Shown here: one piece after another, positions 46,343-55,946 of the stretch
How positions within the stretch are numbered: the first letter of the stretch is position 1
Layout of the letters: the number at the start of each line of letters is the position of its first letter
NCBI GenBank assembly: GCA_016871355.1
Contig: VFZC01000004.1
Coordinates: forward strand, 19,440-83,439
DNA from: Actinomycetota bacterium
GTDB lineage: Bacteria; Actinomycetota; Acidimicrobiia; Acidimicrobiales; Ilumatobacteraceae
DNA: 64,000 bases
Direction of reading: 5' to 3'
Program-made: the position numbers and the translations under genes
The notes under the pieces: generated by a model
What the model saw: only the letters and a program-made list of their open reading frames with translations
Told to the model about the DNA's origin: nothing
Databases searched by the model: none

Positions 46343-47065
46343 TCATGTCGCGTCACGAGTGGCGACGAGGAGTTGTGTGATGCCGCCGGACAGTCCGCGG
46401 TGTTCGGCGTCGGCGAAACCAACCGTGCGCAGGTCGGCCAGCATCGTCTCGGGAGGAGGCAAGTAGGCGACACTCTTGGGCAGGTAACGGTAAGCCGCTG
46501 GATCGGAGAGCCAACCGCCGATCTTGGGCACGATCTTGCCGAAGTAGATGCCGTTGCCCCAGCGAATGAAGCGATTGCGCGGCACGCCGACGTCGAGCAG
46601 TGCGATGCGACCCCCGGGCCGCACTACACGGGCCAGTTCAGCGAAGAAGGCGGGCAACTCGAGCAGGTTTCTCAAAGCGAACCCACACGTCACGCCGTCG
46701 ACCGACGCGTCACCGATGGGCAAGCGCAAGATGTCGGCCTGAGTTCGGGGCGCACCGCTGCGATCGGCGTGGAGCATTCCGAAACTCAGGTCGAACGACA
46801 GTGGATGCAGATCGGCACGCCGGAGATCCACGCACAGATCGCCGGTGCCACTCGCCAGGTCGAGGACCCGACTGCCGGCCGGCAGGGCGAGGCGCTTGAC
46901 CGCAAAACGCCGCCAACGAACGTCGAGACGGAACGTCATGATGCGGTTGACGAGGTCGTAGCGCGGTGCAATCGCGTCGAACATCTCCCGCACCGCGGTC
47001 ACCTTGGCTCGACCGCTCGGGAGGGCCTCGGTGTCCCAGGAGGCGGGCTGGGGTTCTGACGTCAC
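46343..47065 (-). CDS. menG: Demethylmenaquinone methyltransferase
   Basis: UbiE/MenG pattern FDAIAPRYDLVN, SAM motif VLDLASGTGD. Confidence 0.85.
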   Translation of the reverse strand: MTSEPQPASWDTEALPSGRAKVTAVREMFDAIAPRYDLVNRIMTFRLDVRWRRFAVKRLALPAGSRVLDLASGTGDLCVDLRRADLHPLSFDLSFGMLHADRSGAPRTQADILRLPIGDASVDGVTCGFALRNLLELPAFFAELARVVRPGGRIALLDVGVPRNRFIRWGNGIYFGKIVPKIGGWLSDPAAYRYLPKSVAYLPPPETMLADLRTVGFADAEHRGLSGGITQLLVATRDAT

Positions 47066-47166
47066 GGGCTCAGGCTAAGGCCGGGTGCGCTGGTCTTTCG
47101 GACTCGCCGACCGAGGTCACGGCCAGGCAGACTCACCAGGGGATTCGTGACTTCAAGGGGGACACC

Positions 47167-48405
47167 ATGATCGACTTCACGTTGTCGGACGAACATCAGC
47201 AGATTCGCGATCGCGTGCGCGATTTCGTGGAGGGCACGATCAAGCCGGCCATCGAGCCGTTCGGTCATCGCGAGGAGATGGACGCCGAGTCGCACCGCGC
47301 CTATGTCGGTGAACTCATTCGCTTGCGCAAGGAGGCCGTCAAGCAGGGCCTCTGGTTGCCGCACATGCCCAAGGAATGGGGCGGGATGGGTCTCGGACAC
47401 GTCGCTCTGGCGATGGTGCAGTCGGAGGCGGCCAAGACCCGTGTCGGTCCGTGGGTTCTCAACTGCCAGGCCCCCGACGAAGGGAACATGCACACCCTCG
47501 TGCACTGGGGAACCCCCGAGCAGAAGGAGAAGTACCTGAAGCCATTGTGCAACGGCGTGACGTCGTCGTGCTTCGCCATGACCGAACCCGAAGTTGCCGG
47601 TTCCGACCCCACGCTCATTCGTACCCACGCCATCAAGGACGGCGACGAGTGGATCATCAACGGTCACAAGTGGTTCATCTCCGGAGCCAACCGAGCCAAG
47701 TTCGCCATTCTCATCGCGCGCACCGAAATGGACGTTCCCGAAGGCTCGCGCGGTGCCAACACGGCGTTCATCGTCGACCTGCCGGCCGAAGGTTGGAACA
47801 ACGTGCGTGAAGTCGAGACCATGCACGGCCCGGGCGGACACAGCGAGATCCAGATCACCGACCTGCGTGTGCACGACTCGCAGATTCTCGGTGGACGCGG
47901 TAACGGTCACCGCCTGGGCCAGTACCGTCTCGGCCCGGCCCGTCTGGCTCACTGCATGCGCTGGATCGCCCAGGCCGAGATGGCTCTCGACATGATGGTC
48001 GATCGTTCCCTCAAGCGGTACTCGCACGGTTCGTATCTCGCCGAGAAGCAAGGTGTGCAGTGGTTGATCGCCGACTCAGCGATGGAGCTGTACCAGTGCA
48101 AGTTGATGGTTCTCCACGCTGCCTACAAAATCGATCGCGGCGACGACTTCCGCACCGAGGTGTCGATGGCCAAGCACTTCGTGGCCAACAGCCTCAACCG
48201 CATCATCGATCGGGCCATTCAGGTTCATGGTGCGCTCGGTTATTCCACCGACACTCCGCTGGCGAACATGATGCAGCACGCTCGATGGGCTCGCTTCGCC
48301 GACGGCGCCGATGAGATCCACCAGATGCGCATCGCCGAGAACACCATCAAGGCGTTCACCGACAACGGCACCACCAAGAAGGCCACCGGCGACTTGCCGG
48401 TCTGA
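47167..48405 (+). CDS. Acyl-CoA dehydrogenase family protein
   Basis: ATG 47167 (MIDFTLSDEHQQIRD). FAMTEPEVAGSDP. C-terminal GADEIH. Confidence 0.85.
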   Translation: MIDFTLSDEHQQIRDRVRDFVEGTIKPAIEPFGHREEMDAESHRAYVGELIRLRKEAVKQGLWLPHMPKEWGGMGLGHVALAMVQSEAAKTRVGPWVLNCQAPDEGNMHTLVHWGTPEQKEKYLKPLCNGVTSSCFAMTEPEVAGSDPTLIRTHAIKDGDEWIINGHKWFISGANRAKFAILIARTEMDVPEGSRGANTAFIVDLPAEGWNNVREVETMHGPGGHSEIQITDLRVHDSQILGGRGNGHRLGQYRLGPARLAHCMRWIAQAEMALDMMVDRSLKRYSHGSYLAEKQGVQWLIADSAMELYQCKLMVLHAAYKIDRGDDFRTEVSMAKHFVANSLNRIIDRAIQVHGALGYSTDTPLANMMQHARWARFADGADEIHQMRIAENTIKAFTDNGTTKKATGDLPV

Positions 48406-50019
48406 TCAACCGCGAGCGGCCATCTCCTTGGCCCATCGATAGTCGGCCTTGCCCGACGGTGAGCGCACGATCGAATCGACACGGACAAAAGCCTTGGGGA
48501 GTTTGTACCGGGCGATGTGACGAGCTGCTTCGACGAGCAGTTCGTCGTCGGTGACCTGTGTGCCGGGTCGCAGCGCGATCACGGCCACCACCTCGTTGCC
48601 CCATCGTTCGCTCGGACGACCGGCCACGACGCAGTCGAGGACGGCCGGATGCGGCTTGATCGCGGCCTCGACTTCCTCGGCGAAGATCTTCTCTCCGCCC
48701 GAGTTGATCGTGACCGAATCACGACCCCGCAGTTCGATCATGTTGTCGGCCCGTAACACGGCACGATCACCCGGGATCACGTAACGCACGCCATCGACCA
48801 CGGGGTAGGTGCGCGCGGTCTTGGCCGGGTCACCGAGGTAGCCGAGGGCGAGTCGGCCACTCTTGGCCAGCCAGCCCAAACCGTCGTGCCCGGGTTCGAG
48901 AACGCGGGTGAGATCGTCCGACAACACGTGGTTCCCGGGAGACACCGGGAACGCTCCAGTGGCGGCGGCTCCGTGAGTGGAGAGATGCTGCAACTGGCCA
49001 CCGGCTTCCGATGATCCGAGTCCGTCGACCACCAGGAGCGACGGATGGTGATTCAGAAGTTCGTCCTTCATGTGACTGGAGAGTGGTGCCCCGCCCGACA
49101 ACACGACCGTGAGTGACGACATGTCGTACGGGTTGCGGTTCAGTTCGTCGAGTAGTGGCCGAGCGAAGGCATCGCCGACGATCAACATGAAGTCGATGCG
49201 TTCGCGTTCGACCGTCGACCACATGTCGACGGGATCGAGGCGTTCGGGAATCGACGGAACGAAAACGGTTCCGCCACCGTTCCAGGTGCTGAAACTCACC
49301 CAGTGACCGGCGCCGTGCATGAACGGGGGAGCGATGAGAGAGCGGCGACCGGTGAGCGCGCTGATGAACTCGTCGACGGTCTCAGCAGTCTTGTTGCCGC
49401 CGAAGCACTCGACCAGAGCATCGGCTTGGCGCCACATCACACCCTTGGGCATACCCGTCGTGCCGCCGGTGTAGAGGATGTACAGGTCGTCGGGAGATGC
49501 GGGGGCTGGGGCGGTGGCACTCGACTGGGCCAGCGCGTCCTCGTACCAGACCGCACCATCGAGGAGAGGTTCGTCAGATGCGTCGGCAGCCTGAATGAAC
49601 ACACGCAGTTTCGGAAGAGAAGCACGAACCGACTGCAAGATCGGCGCGAACGTGGAGTGGTAGACGATCGCGGTGGCGGACGAGTCGGTGAGGAGGTACG
49701 TGAGTTCTTCGGCCACGTAGCGGTAGTTCACGTTGAACGGTGCGACTCGTCCCTTGAACGCTCCGAGCATGGCCTCGAGGTACTCGTTGCCGTTGTGGAG
49801 ATAGATCGCCAGGTGATCTTGACCACTCTCGTGCGATGGAATCGAGTCCCGTTCGGCGTGCGCGCCCAGTCCACACGCTTTGAGGTAGTTGGCCAGCCGG
49901 CGTGTTCGGTCGGTGACCTCGGACCACGTGAGGCGACGATCGCGAAACACGAGACATTCCTGGTCGGGTCGCGTGGCCGCGATGGCTTCGTGAATCTCGC
50001 CGACCGTGAACTGTCTCAC
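48406..50019 (-). CDS. Acyl-CoA synthetase (AMP-forming), paralog of 5800..7428
   Basis: LYILYTGGTTGMPKGV, PGDRAVLRADNMIELRGR, SGKADY. N-terminus parallels the gene at 5800. Confidence 0.85.
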   Translation of the reverse strand: MRQFTVGEIHEAIAATRPDQECLVFRDRRLTWSEVTDRTRRLANYLKACGLGAHAERDSIPSHESGQDHLAIYLHNGNEYLEAMLGAFKGRVAPFNVNYRYVAEELTYLLTDSSATAIVYHSTFAPILQSVRASLPKLRVFIQAADASDEPLLDGAVWYEDALAQSSATAPAPASPDDLYILYTGGTTGMPKGVMWRQADALVECFGGNKTAETVDEFISALTGRRSLIAPPFMHGAGHWVSFSTWNGGGTVFVPSIPERLDPVDMWSTVERERIDFMLIVGDAFARPLLDELNRNPYDMSSLTVVLSGGAPLSSHMKDELLNHHPSLLVVDGLGSSEAGGQLQHLSTHGAAATGAFPVSPGNHVLSDDLTRVLEPGHDGLGWLAKSGRLALGYLGDPAKTARTYPVVDGVRYVIPGDRAVLRADNMIELRGRDSVTINSGGEKIFAEEVEAAIKPHPAVLDCVVAGRPSERWGNEVVAVIALRPGTQVTDDELLVEAARHIARYKLPKAFVRVDSIVRSPSGKADYRWAKEMAARG

Positions 50020-50081
50020 GCGGCGACCCTATGACTCCGTCGGGGACCCAGCCAAGGCCAGACCAGGGTTATCGTGCCCAC

Positions 50082-51068
50082 ATGACCCATCGCCCCGTGA
50101 CCGGACACCACTCCAACGACATCGTGTTCGGAGTCTTCATGCCTCAAGGGTGGAAGATGGAGTTGTCGTCGATCGACGGGGCGAGCGCGAAGTGGAACAA
50201 GGCGGTCGAGATCGCGCAGTTGGCCGAGCGTCTCGGCTTCGACTCGATCTGGGTGTACGACCACTTCCACAACGTTCCGCGCCCGTCGCACGAGGCGGTG
50301 TTCGAATGCTGGACGGCCATGGCGGCGATCAGTCAGTTGACGTCCACCATCCGCCTCGGCCAGATGGTCGGCTGCAACAGCTACCGCAACCCCGGTCTGT
50401 TGGCCAAGATCACCTCGACGCTCGACGTGATCTCCGGTGGCCGGCTCGAATGGGGTATCGGTGCCGGTTGGTACGAGAACGAGTACCGCGCGTACGGCTA
50501 CGAGTTCCCCAAACCGAAGGATCGCATCGGCATGCTCCGTGAAAGTGTCGAGATCGTGCGGTCGATGTGGACACAGGCCGAGACCACCTACAAGGGCAAG
50601 TACTACGAGTTGAGTCGGGCCAACTGCGATCCGAAACCGTTGCAGGATCCGCACCCGCCGATCCTCATCGGTGGTGGTGGCGAGCAACTCACGTTGCGCG
50701 TCGTGGCACAGCACGGCGACTGCTCGAACTTCGGCGGCAATCCCGAGGAGTGGGCCCGCAAACGGGACACCCTGAAGCGACATTGCTCCGAGGTCAGCCG
50801 TGACGTCGACACGATCCGTATGACGTGGTCACCCGAATTGTTCGTGCGACGAAGCGAATCGGAGATCGACCGCACCCGCAGCCTCTGGGGCGAGCCACTC
50901 GACGCGTGGCGAGCCGGCAACTTGGTGGGCACTCCCGAGCAGGTGTGCGAGAAGATCGAGGCGTACCGATCGCTCGGATGCTCGGGCTTCATCCCGTGGT
51001 GCGCCGACTACCCCGACACCGAGTCGATGGAATTGTTCGCGACCGAAGTGATCCCGAACTTCCGCTGA
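50082..51068 (+). CDS. LLM-class (luciferase-like) flavin/F420-dependent oxidoreductase
   Basis: FDSIWVYDHF and GRLEWGIGAGW patterns. Start is ATG 50082 or 50031. Confidence 0.75.
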   Translation: MTHRPVTGHHSNDIVFGVFMPQGWKMELSSIDGASAKWNKAVEIAQLAERLGFDSIWVYDHFHNVPRPSHEAVFECWTAMAAISQLTSTIRLGQMVGCNSYRNPGLLAKITSTLDVISGGRLEWGIGAGWYENEYRAYGYEFPKPKDRIGMLRESVEIVRSMWTQAETTYKGKYYELSRANCDPKPLQDPHPPILIGGGGEQLTLRVVAQHGDCSNFGGNPEEWARKRDTLKRHCSEVSRDVDTIRMTWSPELFVRRSESEIDRTRSLWGEPLDAWRAGNLVGTPEQVCEKIEAYRSLGCSGFIPWCADYPDTESMELFATEVIPNFR

Positions 51069-51069
51069 T

Positions 51070-51531
51070 TCAGACGTACGAGCGAAAGATCACTTCGGCG
51101 ACACAACTCGGCTTGGCCGCACCTTCGCACTCGAACGAGAAGGCGTAGGTCGACTGAATTCCGCCCGGGATGTCTTCGACGCCGATGAGGGTGACGCCCA
51201 GACGAAGCTTCGCGCCCACCGGAACCGGTGACATGAAGCGAACCTTGTTGCAGCCGTAGTTGACGCCCATCTTGTAGCCGGTGGTCAACACGACCTGGGG
51301 CATGAGCACGGGTCCGAGCGACAAGGTGAGGTAGCCGTGGGCGATGGGCCCGCCGAATGGGCTCTCCTTCTTGGCGCGTTCGGGATCGACGTGAATCCAC
51401 TGGTGGTCACCGGTCGCGTCGGCGAACTGGTTGACCCGTTCCTGAGTGACTTCGAGCCACTCGCTGTACCCGAGGTGCTGTCCGATGAGCGACTTGAGTT
51501 CGTCGGTTCCGTTGATGATGCGCGGTGCCAT
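51070..51531 (-). CDS. MaoC-like (R)-specific enoyl-CoA hydratase, hot-dog fold
   Basis: ATG 51531. GDHQWIHVDPERA motif. 153 aa. The longer track ORF extension was rejected. Confidence 0.8.
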   Translation of the reverse strand: MAPRIINGTDELKSLIGQHLGYSEWLEVTQERVNQFADATGDHQWIHVDPERAKKESPFGGPIAHGYLTLSLGPVLMPQVVLTTGYKMGVNYGCNKVRFMSPVPVGAKLRLGVTLIGVEDIPGGIQSTYAFSFECEGAAKPSCVAEVIFRSYV

Positions 51532-51544
51532 GAAGCGATCGTAG

Positions 51545-51973
51545 TCAGCGGTACCAGACGCGCTGGTGCTCGCGACTGTGGGGGTGCAGAAGCAAGGCGC
51601 AGAGTGCGACTTCGAAGATGAGCGACAAGGTGTTGTTGCCCGAGATCCGGTCCCAGAGGCCGTATCCCTCGAAGTCGGCCAGGACCCAGAACCGCAGGAG
51701 GAACGGAGAGAACGCGGCCACCAGGCCGAGCCAGTACCCGAGGCGGCGATCGTTGGCCATGAGAAAGCCACCCAGAACGTGGGCCGCCACGACGGCCAGG
51801 CCGACGACCAGACCCAATCCGCCTTTGGTGACGCGGGCGAACCCGATCCAGTCGGACTCGTCCACGAGTCCGATGAGTGCGAAGAAGCCGTTGAGATAGA
51901 GAAGCAGTGTCGCGATCTGCAGCGTTTGCGGCTGCAACCGATCGAACCATTTGCGGGGGTCGAGCGAGGACAT
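51545..51973 (-). CDS. Hypothetical integral membrane protein
   Basis: Four hydrophobic segments. Start is ATG 51973 (MSSLDPRKW) or 51991. Confidence 0.5.
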   Translation of the reverse strand: MSSLDPRKWFDRLQPQTLQIATLLLYLNGFFALIGLVDESDWIGFARVTKGGLGLVVGLAVVAAHVLGGFLMANDRRLGYWLGLVAAFSPFLLRFWVLADFEGYGLWDRISGNNTLSLIFEVALCALLLHPHSREHQRVWYR

Positions 51974-52072
51974 GCACGTACCTTCGCACACCCAAGGGTC
52001 CGATGGCTACCACGATCGAGCCGGAGCGTGTGGCGCGGGACCACTCGGTGAACTCGTATCGTGGTCACCTAG

Positions 52073-52942
52073 ATGTCGGATCAATCAGCAGGTGACCGGA
52101 CCGTTCGTTCCGGATTCGTGACTCTCGTGGGTCGGCCCAACGTCGGCAAGTCCACGTTGGTCAACGCGATCTGCGGTCGCAAGGTCTCGATCGTTTCCGA
52201 CAAACCGCAGACCACCCGGCGTCAAGTGCGCGGTGTGCTCACGCGTCCCGGACTGCAGATCGTGTTCGTCGACACCCCAGGTCTGCACAAACCGGTGACC
52301 GCTCTCGGAGAACGTGTGAACGCCGCCGCGATCGAGAGCCTGGCCGACGTCGACGTCGCCTGTCTGCTCGTCGACGCCACGGCACCTTTTGGCACCGGCG
52401 ACCAGTGGGTCGCGTCTCGGCTCGATTTGTCGAAGACGGTCGTGGTGGTCAACAAGTGCGACGCCGCCAGCCGCGATGCGGTGGGCGAGCAGCTGGCTCG
52501 CGCCGGCCTGCTCGATGCCGAGGCCTACTTCCCGGTGTCGGCTCGAACGGGGGAGGGCGTGGCCGCTCTCGTCGAGTACATCGCGGCGAAGCTTCCCGAA
52601 GGCCCGCTGTATTACCCCGAAGACGTGATCAGCGATCTGACCGATCCCGACTGGGTGGCCGAACTCGTCCGCGAACAATTGTTGGCCGAGATGCGCGATG
52701 AGATTCCGTATTCCATCGCCACCCGAGTGACCGAGTGGGAATGGCCGCGAGTCCGTTGCGAAATCATCGTGGAGCGCGAGAGTCAGAAGGGCATGGTCAT
52801 CGGCAAGGGTGGGGCCATGGTGAAGAAGGTGCGCGAACGCGTGCGCCGTCAGTTGCCGCCGGGCATCGTCCTCGAACTCAAGGTGAAGGTCGACAAGGAC
52901 TGGCAACGTCGCCCCGATCGCGTGCAGCAACTCGGATACTGA
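52073..52942 (+). CDS. era: GTPase Era
   Basis: G1 GRPNVGKST, G3 DTPG, G4 NKCD. C-terminal KH domain (VERESQKGMVIGKGG). Confidence 0.9.
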   Translation: MSDQSAGDRTVRSGFVTLVGRPNVGKSTLVNAICGRKVSIVSDKPQTTRRQVRGVLTRPGLQIVFVDTPGLHKPVTALGERVNAAAIESLADVDVACLLVDATAPFGTGDQWVASRLDLSKTVVVVNKCDAASRDAVGEQLARAGLLDAEAYFPVSARTGEGVAALVEYIAAKLPEGPLYYPEDVISDLTDPDWVAELVREQLLAEMRDEIPYSIATRVTEWEWPRVRCEIIVERESQKGMVIGKGGAMVKKVRERVRRQLPPGIVLELKVKVDKDWQRRPDRVQQLGY

Positions 52943-52957
52943 TTCATTCGGAGCGGG

Positions 52958-53626
52958 TCAGCACGAAAAGCCGGTCGGCAACAGATTCGAGTAGTCGTCG
53001 CAGGCGACGAGTTCGCCTGGTTGGGTGAGATCGCCTCGTCCACGCGGCACCGCCTGCGGGCGGTTGCTACTCGTGAACACCACCTGGCCGATGCCAGCGC
53101 GACGCGTGAGCGTGAGAACGATCTGGGCGACGGCCAACCGCTGTTCGGCACCGGGCAGGCCGTTGACGAAGGCATCGGGAAGGTCGACGGTCGCACTACC
53201 TCGCTCGACCGTCACGGTGGTGGCGAGCCCGAACGGGATGGCCGAGCGCAGACCAGCGGCCACATCACCCTCCGGCAATCCCTCGACGAGAGCGGCGAGA
53301 ACCTGCGGTGGTGCGGCCGGACTCAGTAGCAGACGACTGATCGGGACGACTTGGCTGCCGGCCACGAAGAACATCGTGACTTGCTCGACGGGAACCGTGG
53401 AAGACGTCGATTCGGGAGGAGTGGTCGTCGATTCCGAGGGAGTCGACGTGGTGGTGGGTGGTGTGGTCGTGGTGGTGGCCGAGAACACCTCGGGAATCGC
53501 ATCGAAATCGAGCGGTCGATTGGGTGACGACTCGGGAACGCCGCACGCGGCGACGACGGCGATCGAAGGAACGACCATCGCCGCGATGATGGCTCGGTTG
53601 AACGAACGAGAGCCGATCCGTCTCAT
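52958..53626 (-). CDS. GerMN-domain lipoprotein (short LpqB-like)
   Basis: Lipobox AVVAACG. Thr/Pro/Ser linker. GerMN-like body. ATGA overlap with the sensor kinase stop. Confidence 0.6.
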   Translation of the reverse strand: MRRIGSRSFNRAIIAAMVVPSIAVVAACGVPESSPNRPLDFDAIPEVFSATTTTTPPTTTSTPSESTTTPPESTSSTVPVEQVTMFFVAGSQVVPISRLLLSPAAPPQVLAALVEGLPEGDVAAGLRSAIPFGLATTVTVERGSATVDLPDAFVNGLPGAEQRLAVAQIVLTLTRRAGIGQVVFTSSNRPQAVPRGRGDLTQPGELVACDDYSNLLPTGFSC

Positions 53627-55023
53627 TCTCGACCTCCCTCGGGGAGTTGGACGACGAAGCGCGCGCCGCCGCTCGGCGAGTCTTCGACCCAGGCCAAACC
53701 GCCGTGAGAGCGAGCGTGCTCGGCCACCAACGCCAAGCCGAGGCCGGTTCCTCCGGCCCGTGAACGACCGGCCGAACCGCGCGCGAAGCGTTCAAAGATG
53801 CGGGCCCGCTCGCTCGGTGACACACCCGGTCCGGAATCCTCCACACCCAAACGAACGTGGGCCGGTCCGGACGCGCTCGCGAAACGTTCGATCGTCACGC
53901 GCGTCGCGCCACCGCCGTGAAGTCGCGCGTTGTCGAGCAAGTTGGCCACGATTCGTTCGAGCCGCCGTTTGTCGGCGTTGACGATTCCGGGACAATCGGG
54001 CGCGACCTCCACGTGAACGTCGGTGCTGCCGTAGCGCTGAGCGATTCGCGCGATGAACGGCGCGAGTTCGATGTCTTCGCGGTGAAGGTCGGTGATGCCC
54101 ACGTCGAGACGAGACAGTTCGAGGAGATCGAGAACCATCTGGTCGAAGCGGCGAACTTGGCTGGACACCACATCGAGCGCTTGCTGAGTTCGATCGGGTA
54201 GATCGGCGCGGCGGGCATCGAGTACCTCCACAGCGGCGGCCAGAGCGGTGATCGGACTCCGGAGTTCGTGCGACACATCGGAGGCGAAGCGCGTCTCACG
54301 TTCGATGCGGCTCTGCACGGCATCGGCCATGTCGTTGAATGCGGTGACCAGCGTCGACAAGTCGGGATCGCCTTCTGACTCGAGACGGACGTCGAGTCCA
54401 CCGGCGGCGATCGCGCCAGCCGCCTCAGTGACGCGCACGAGAGGTCGCATGAGGCGACGGCTGACGGCCCACCCCACGATTCCCGAGATCAATCCGATCA
54501 CGAGAGTCCCGATCACGAGTGCCGAGCCGATGACGGTGATCGCGCGTTGTTCGTCGCCCACCGGGAACGCTTCGAAGTAGGCCGCGTCCACACTCGGCAT
54601 GGCGATACCGATCGCGATGAATGCGTCGTCTCCCAGAGAGAAGCGTTGGTACGACGAAACGCCGCCGATGGTGCTGCCGAGAAGTTCGGCCGGAAAGGCC
54701 CCTTGGGTGAAGCGGAGATCCTGCGAGAAGTACAGATCTTCACGACCGAGGTGCAACACCGCGAACCCACCCTGCTCGCTGCGAGTGGTGCCGATGAGTT
54801 CGAACGATTCGGACCGGCGGGTGGCCAATTGTGAGCGGACCAGTTCGGCGTTGGTGATGGCCTGGCGTTCGACCACGTCGTCGCGACGTTCGAGGAGGTA
54901 ACTGCGAGCCACCAGGAAGCTGACGAGAGAGAGGGCGAGCGACGTGACGAGCCCCACCAGAACGAACAACAAGGTCACGCGGGTGCGCAACGGCAGGCGA
55001 ACGGTACGGGCCACGGTGAACAT
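53623..55023 (-). CDS. Sensor histidine kinase (HAMP-HisKA-HATPase), MtrB-like
   Basis: ATG 55023. Two TM segments. H-box SHELRSPIT, N-box DNARLHG, G-box GTGLGLALV. Confidence 0.85.
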   Translation of the reverse strand: MFTVARTVRLPLRTRVTLLFVLVGLVTSLALSLVSFLVARSYLLERRDDVVERQAITNAELVRSQLATRRSESFELIGTTRSEQGGFAVLHLGREDLYFSQDLRFTQGAFPAELLGSTIGGVSSYQRFSLGDDAFIAIGIAMPSVDAAYFEAFPVGDEQRAITVIGSALVIGTLVIGLISGIVGWAVSRRLMRPLVRVTEAAGAIAAGGLDVRLESEGDPDLSTLVTAFNDMADAVQSRIERETRFASDVSHELRSPITALAAAVEVLDARRADLPDRTQQALDVVSSQVRRFDQMVLDLLELSRLDVGITDLHREDIELAPFIARIAQRYGSTDVHVEVAPDCPGIVNADKRRLERIVANLLDNARLHGGGATRVTIERFASASGPAHVRLGVEDSGPGVSPSERARIFERFARGSAGRSRAGGTGLGLALVAEHARSHGGLAWVEDSPSGGARFVVQLPEGGRE

Positions 55024-55229
55024 CCTGCCCGACGCCGGACATGACACCGCCCGACTCGGGGAAATCCAGCGAGTCGGGCGGCGGACCAAGGAGATATCCG
55101 GTTCCGCCGGATCGGCGAGGGCCAGGGGGAGGACGGCCCCCGTCGGTCCGACGTGAACGGGATCAGTTTCCCGACGCTCTGTGAAAGGACCGTGCGCGAA
55201 TTGTGCGTTTTGTGTAACGAATTCGGCCG

Positions 55230-55946
55230 GTGGCCACGACCGGGCAGAATCGCATCGTGAACTCGCTCTTGTTCATCGAGGACGACGACCAGATCCGGCT
55301 CGCGCTGCGTCTGGCCCTCGAGGACGAGGGCTACCAGGTGCGTGAAGCCGCCGACGGTCGCACCGGGCTGGCCGCGTTCCATGCCGATGAGCCCGATCTG
55401 GTGCTCCTCGATCTTCGCCTCCCGGACATGTCGGGCTTCGAGGTCTGCCGGGCTCTGCGAGCGATGTCGATCGTGCCGATCGTGATGGTGACGGCCCAGA
55501 CCGACACCAACGACATGGTGGCCGGTCTGGAAGCCGGGGCCGATGACTACGTGACCAAACCAGTGGTCCCGAAGGAATTGGCGGCGCGCATTCGCGCTCA
55601 CCTGCGCCGCGTGCAGTTACAGGGCGACCCCACGGTGGAGTCGTCGAGTCTCATGTTCGGCGACGTCGAACTGCGCCGTGATCAAGGGATCGTTCTCAAG
55701 GCCGGACGTGAGTTGTCGCTCACCAAGACCGAGTTCAACTTGTTGTGCGAGTTCGCCGACCACCCGAACATCGTGTTGTCACGCGATCAACTGCTCGAAC
55801 GGGTGTGGGGCTACGACTATCTGGGCGACAGTCGCCTCGTCGACGCCCATGTCCGACGGCTACGCGTGAAGATCGAGGATCAGGCCGACGAACCACGGCT
55901 CATCGTCACCGTGCGCGGAATCGGCTACCGGCTCATGCCTGCGTGA
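55230..55946 (+). CDS. OmpR/PhoB-family response regulator (MtrA-like)
   Basis: FIEDDD, phospho-acceptor LLDLRLPDMSG, winged helix VRGIGYRL. An alternative GTG 55257 gives MNSLLFIEDD. Confidence 0.9.
   Translation: MATTGQNRIVNSLLFIEDDDQIRLALRLALEDEGYQVREAADGRTGLAAFHADEPDLVLLDLRLPDMSGFEVCRALRAMSIVPIVMVTAQTDTNDMVAGLEAGADDYVTKPVVPKELAARIRAHLRRVQLQGDPTVESSSLMFGDVELRRDQGIVLKAGRELSLTKTEFNLLCEFADHPNIVLSRDQLLERVWGYDYLGDSRLVDAHVRRLRVKIEDQADEPRLIVTVRGIGYRLMPA

Noticed and set aside
38473-47065. Incomplete menaquinone cluster (no menB or menC), considered as an alternative pathway
   Set aside because: The absence of two genes from a 64-kb window is not evidence of absence from the genome. men genes are often split between loci.
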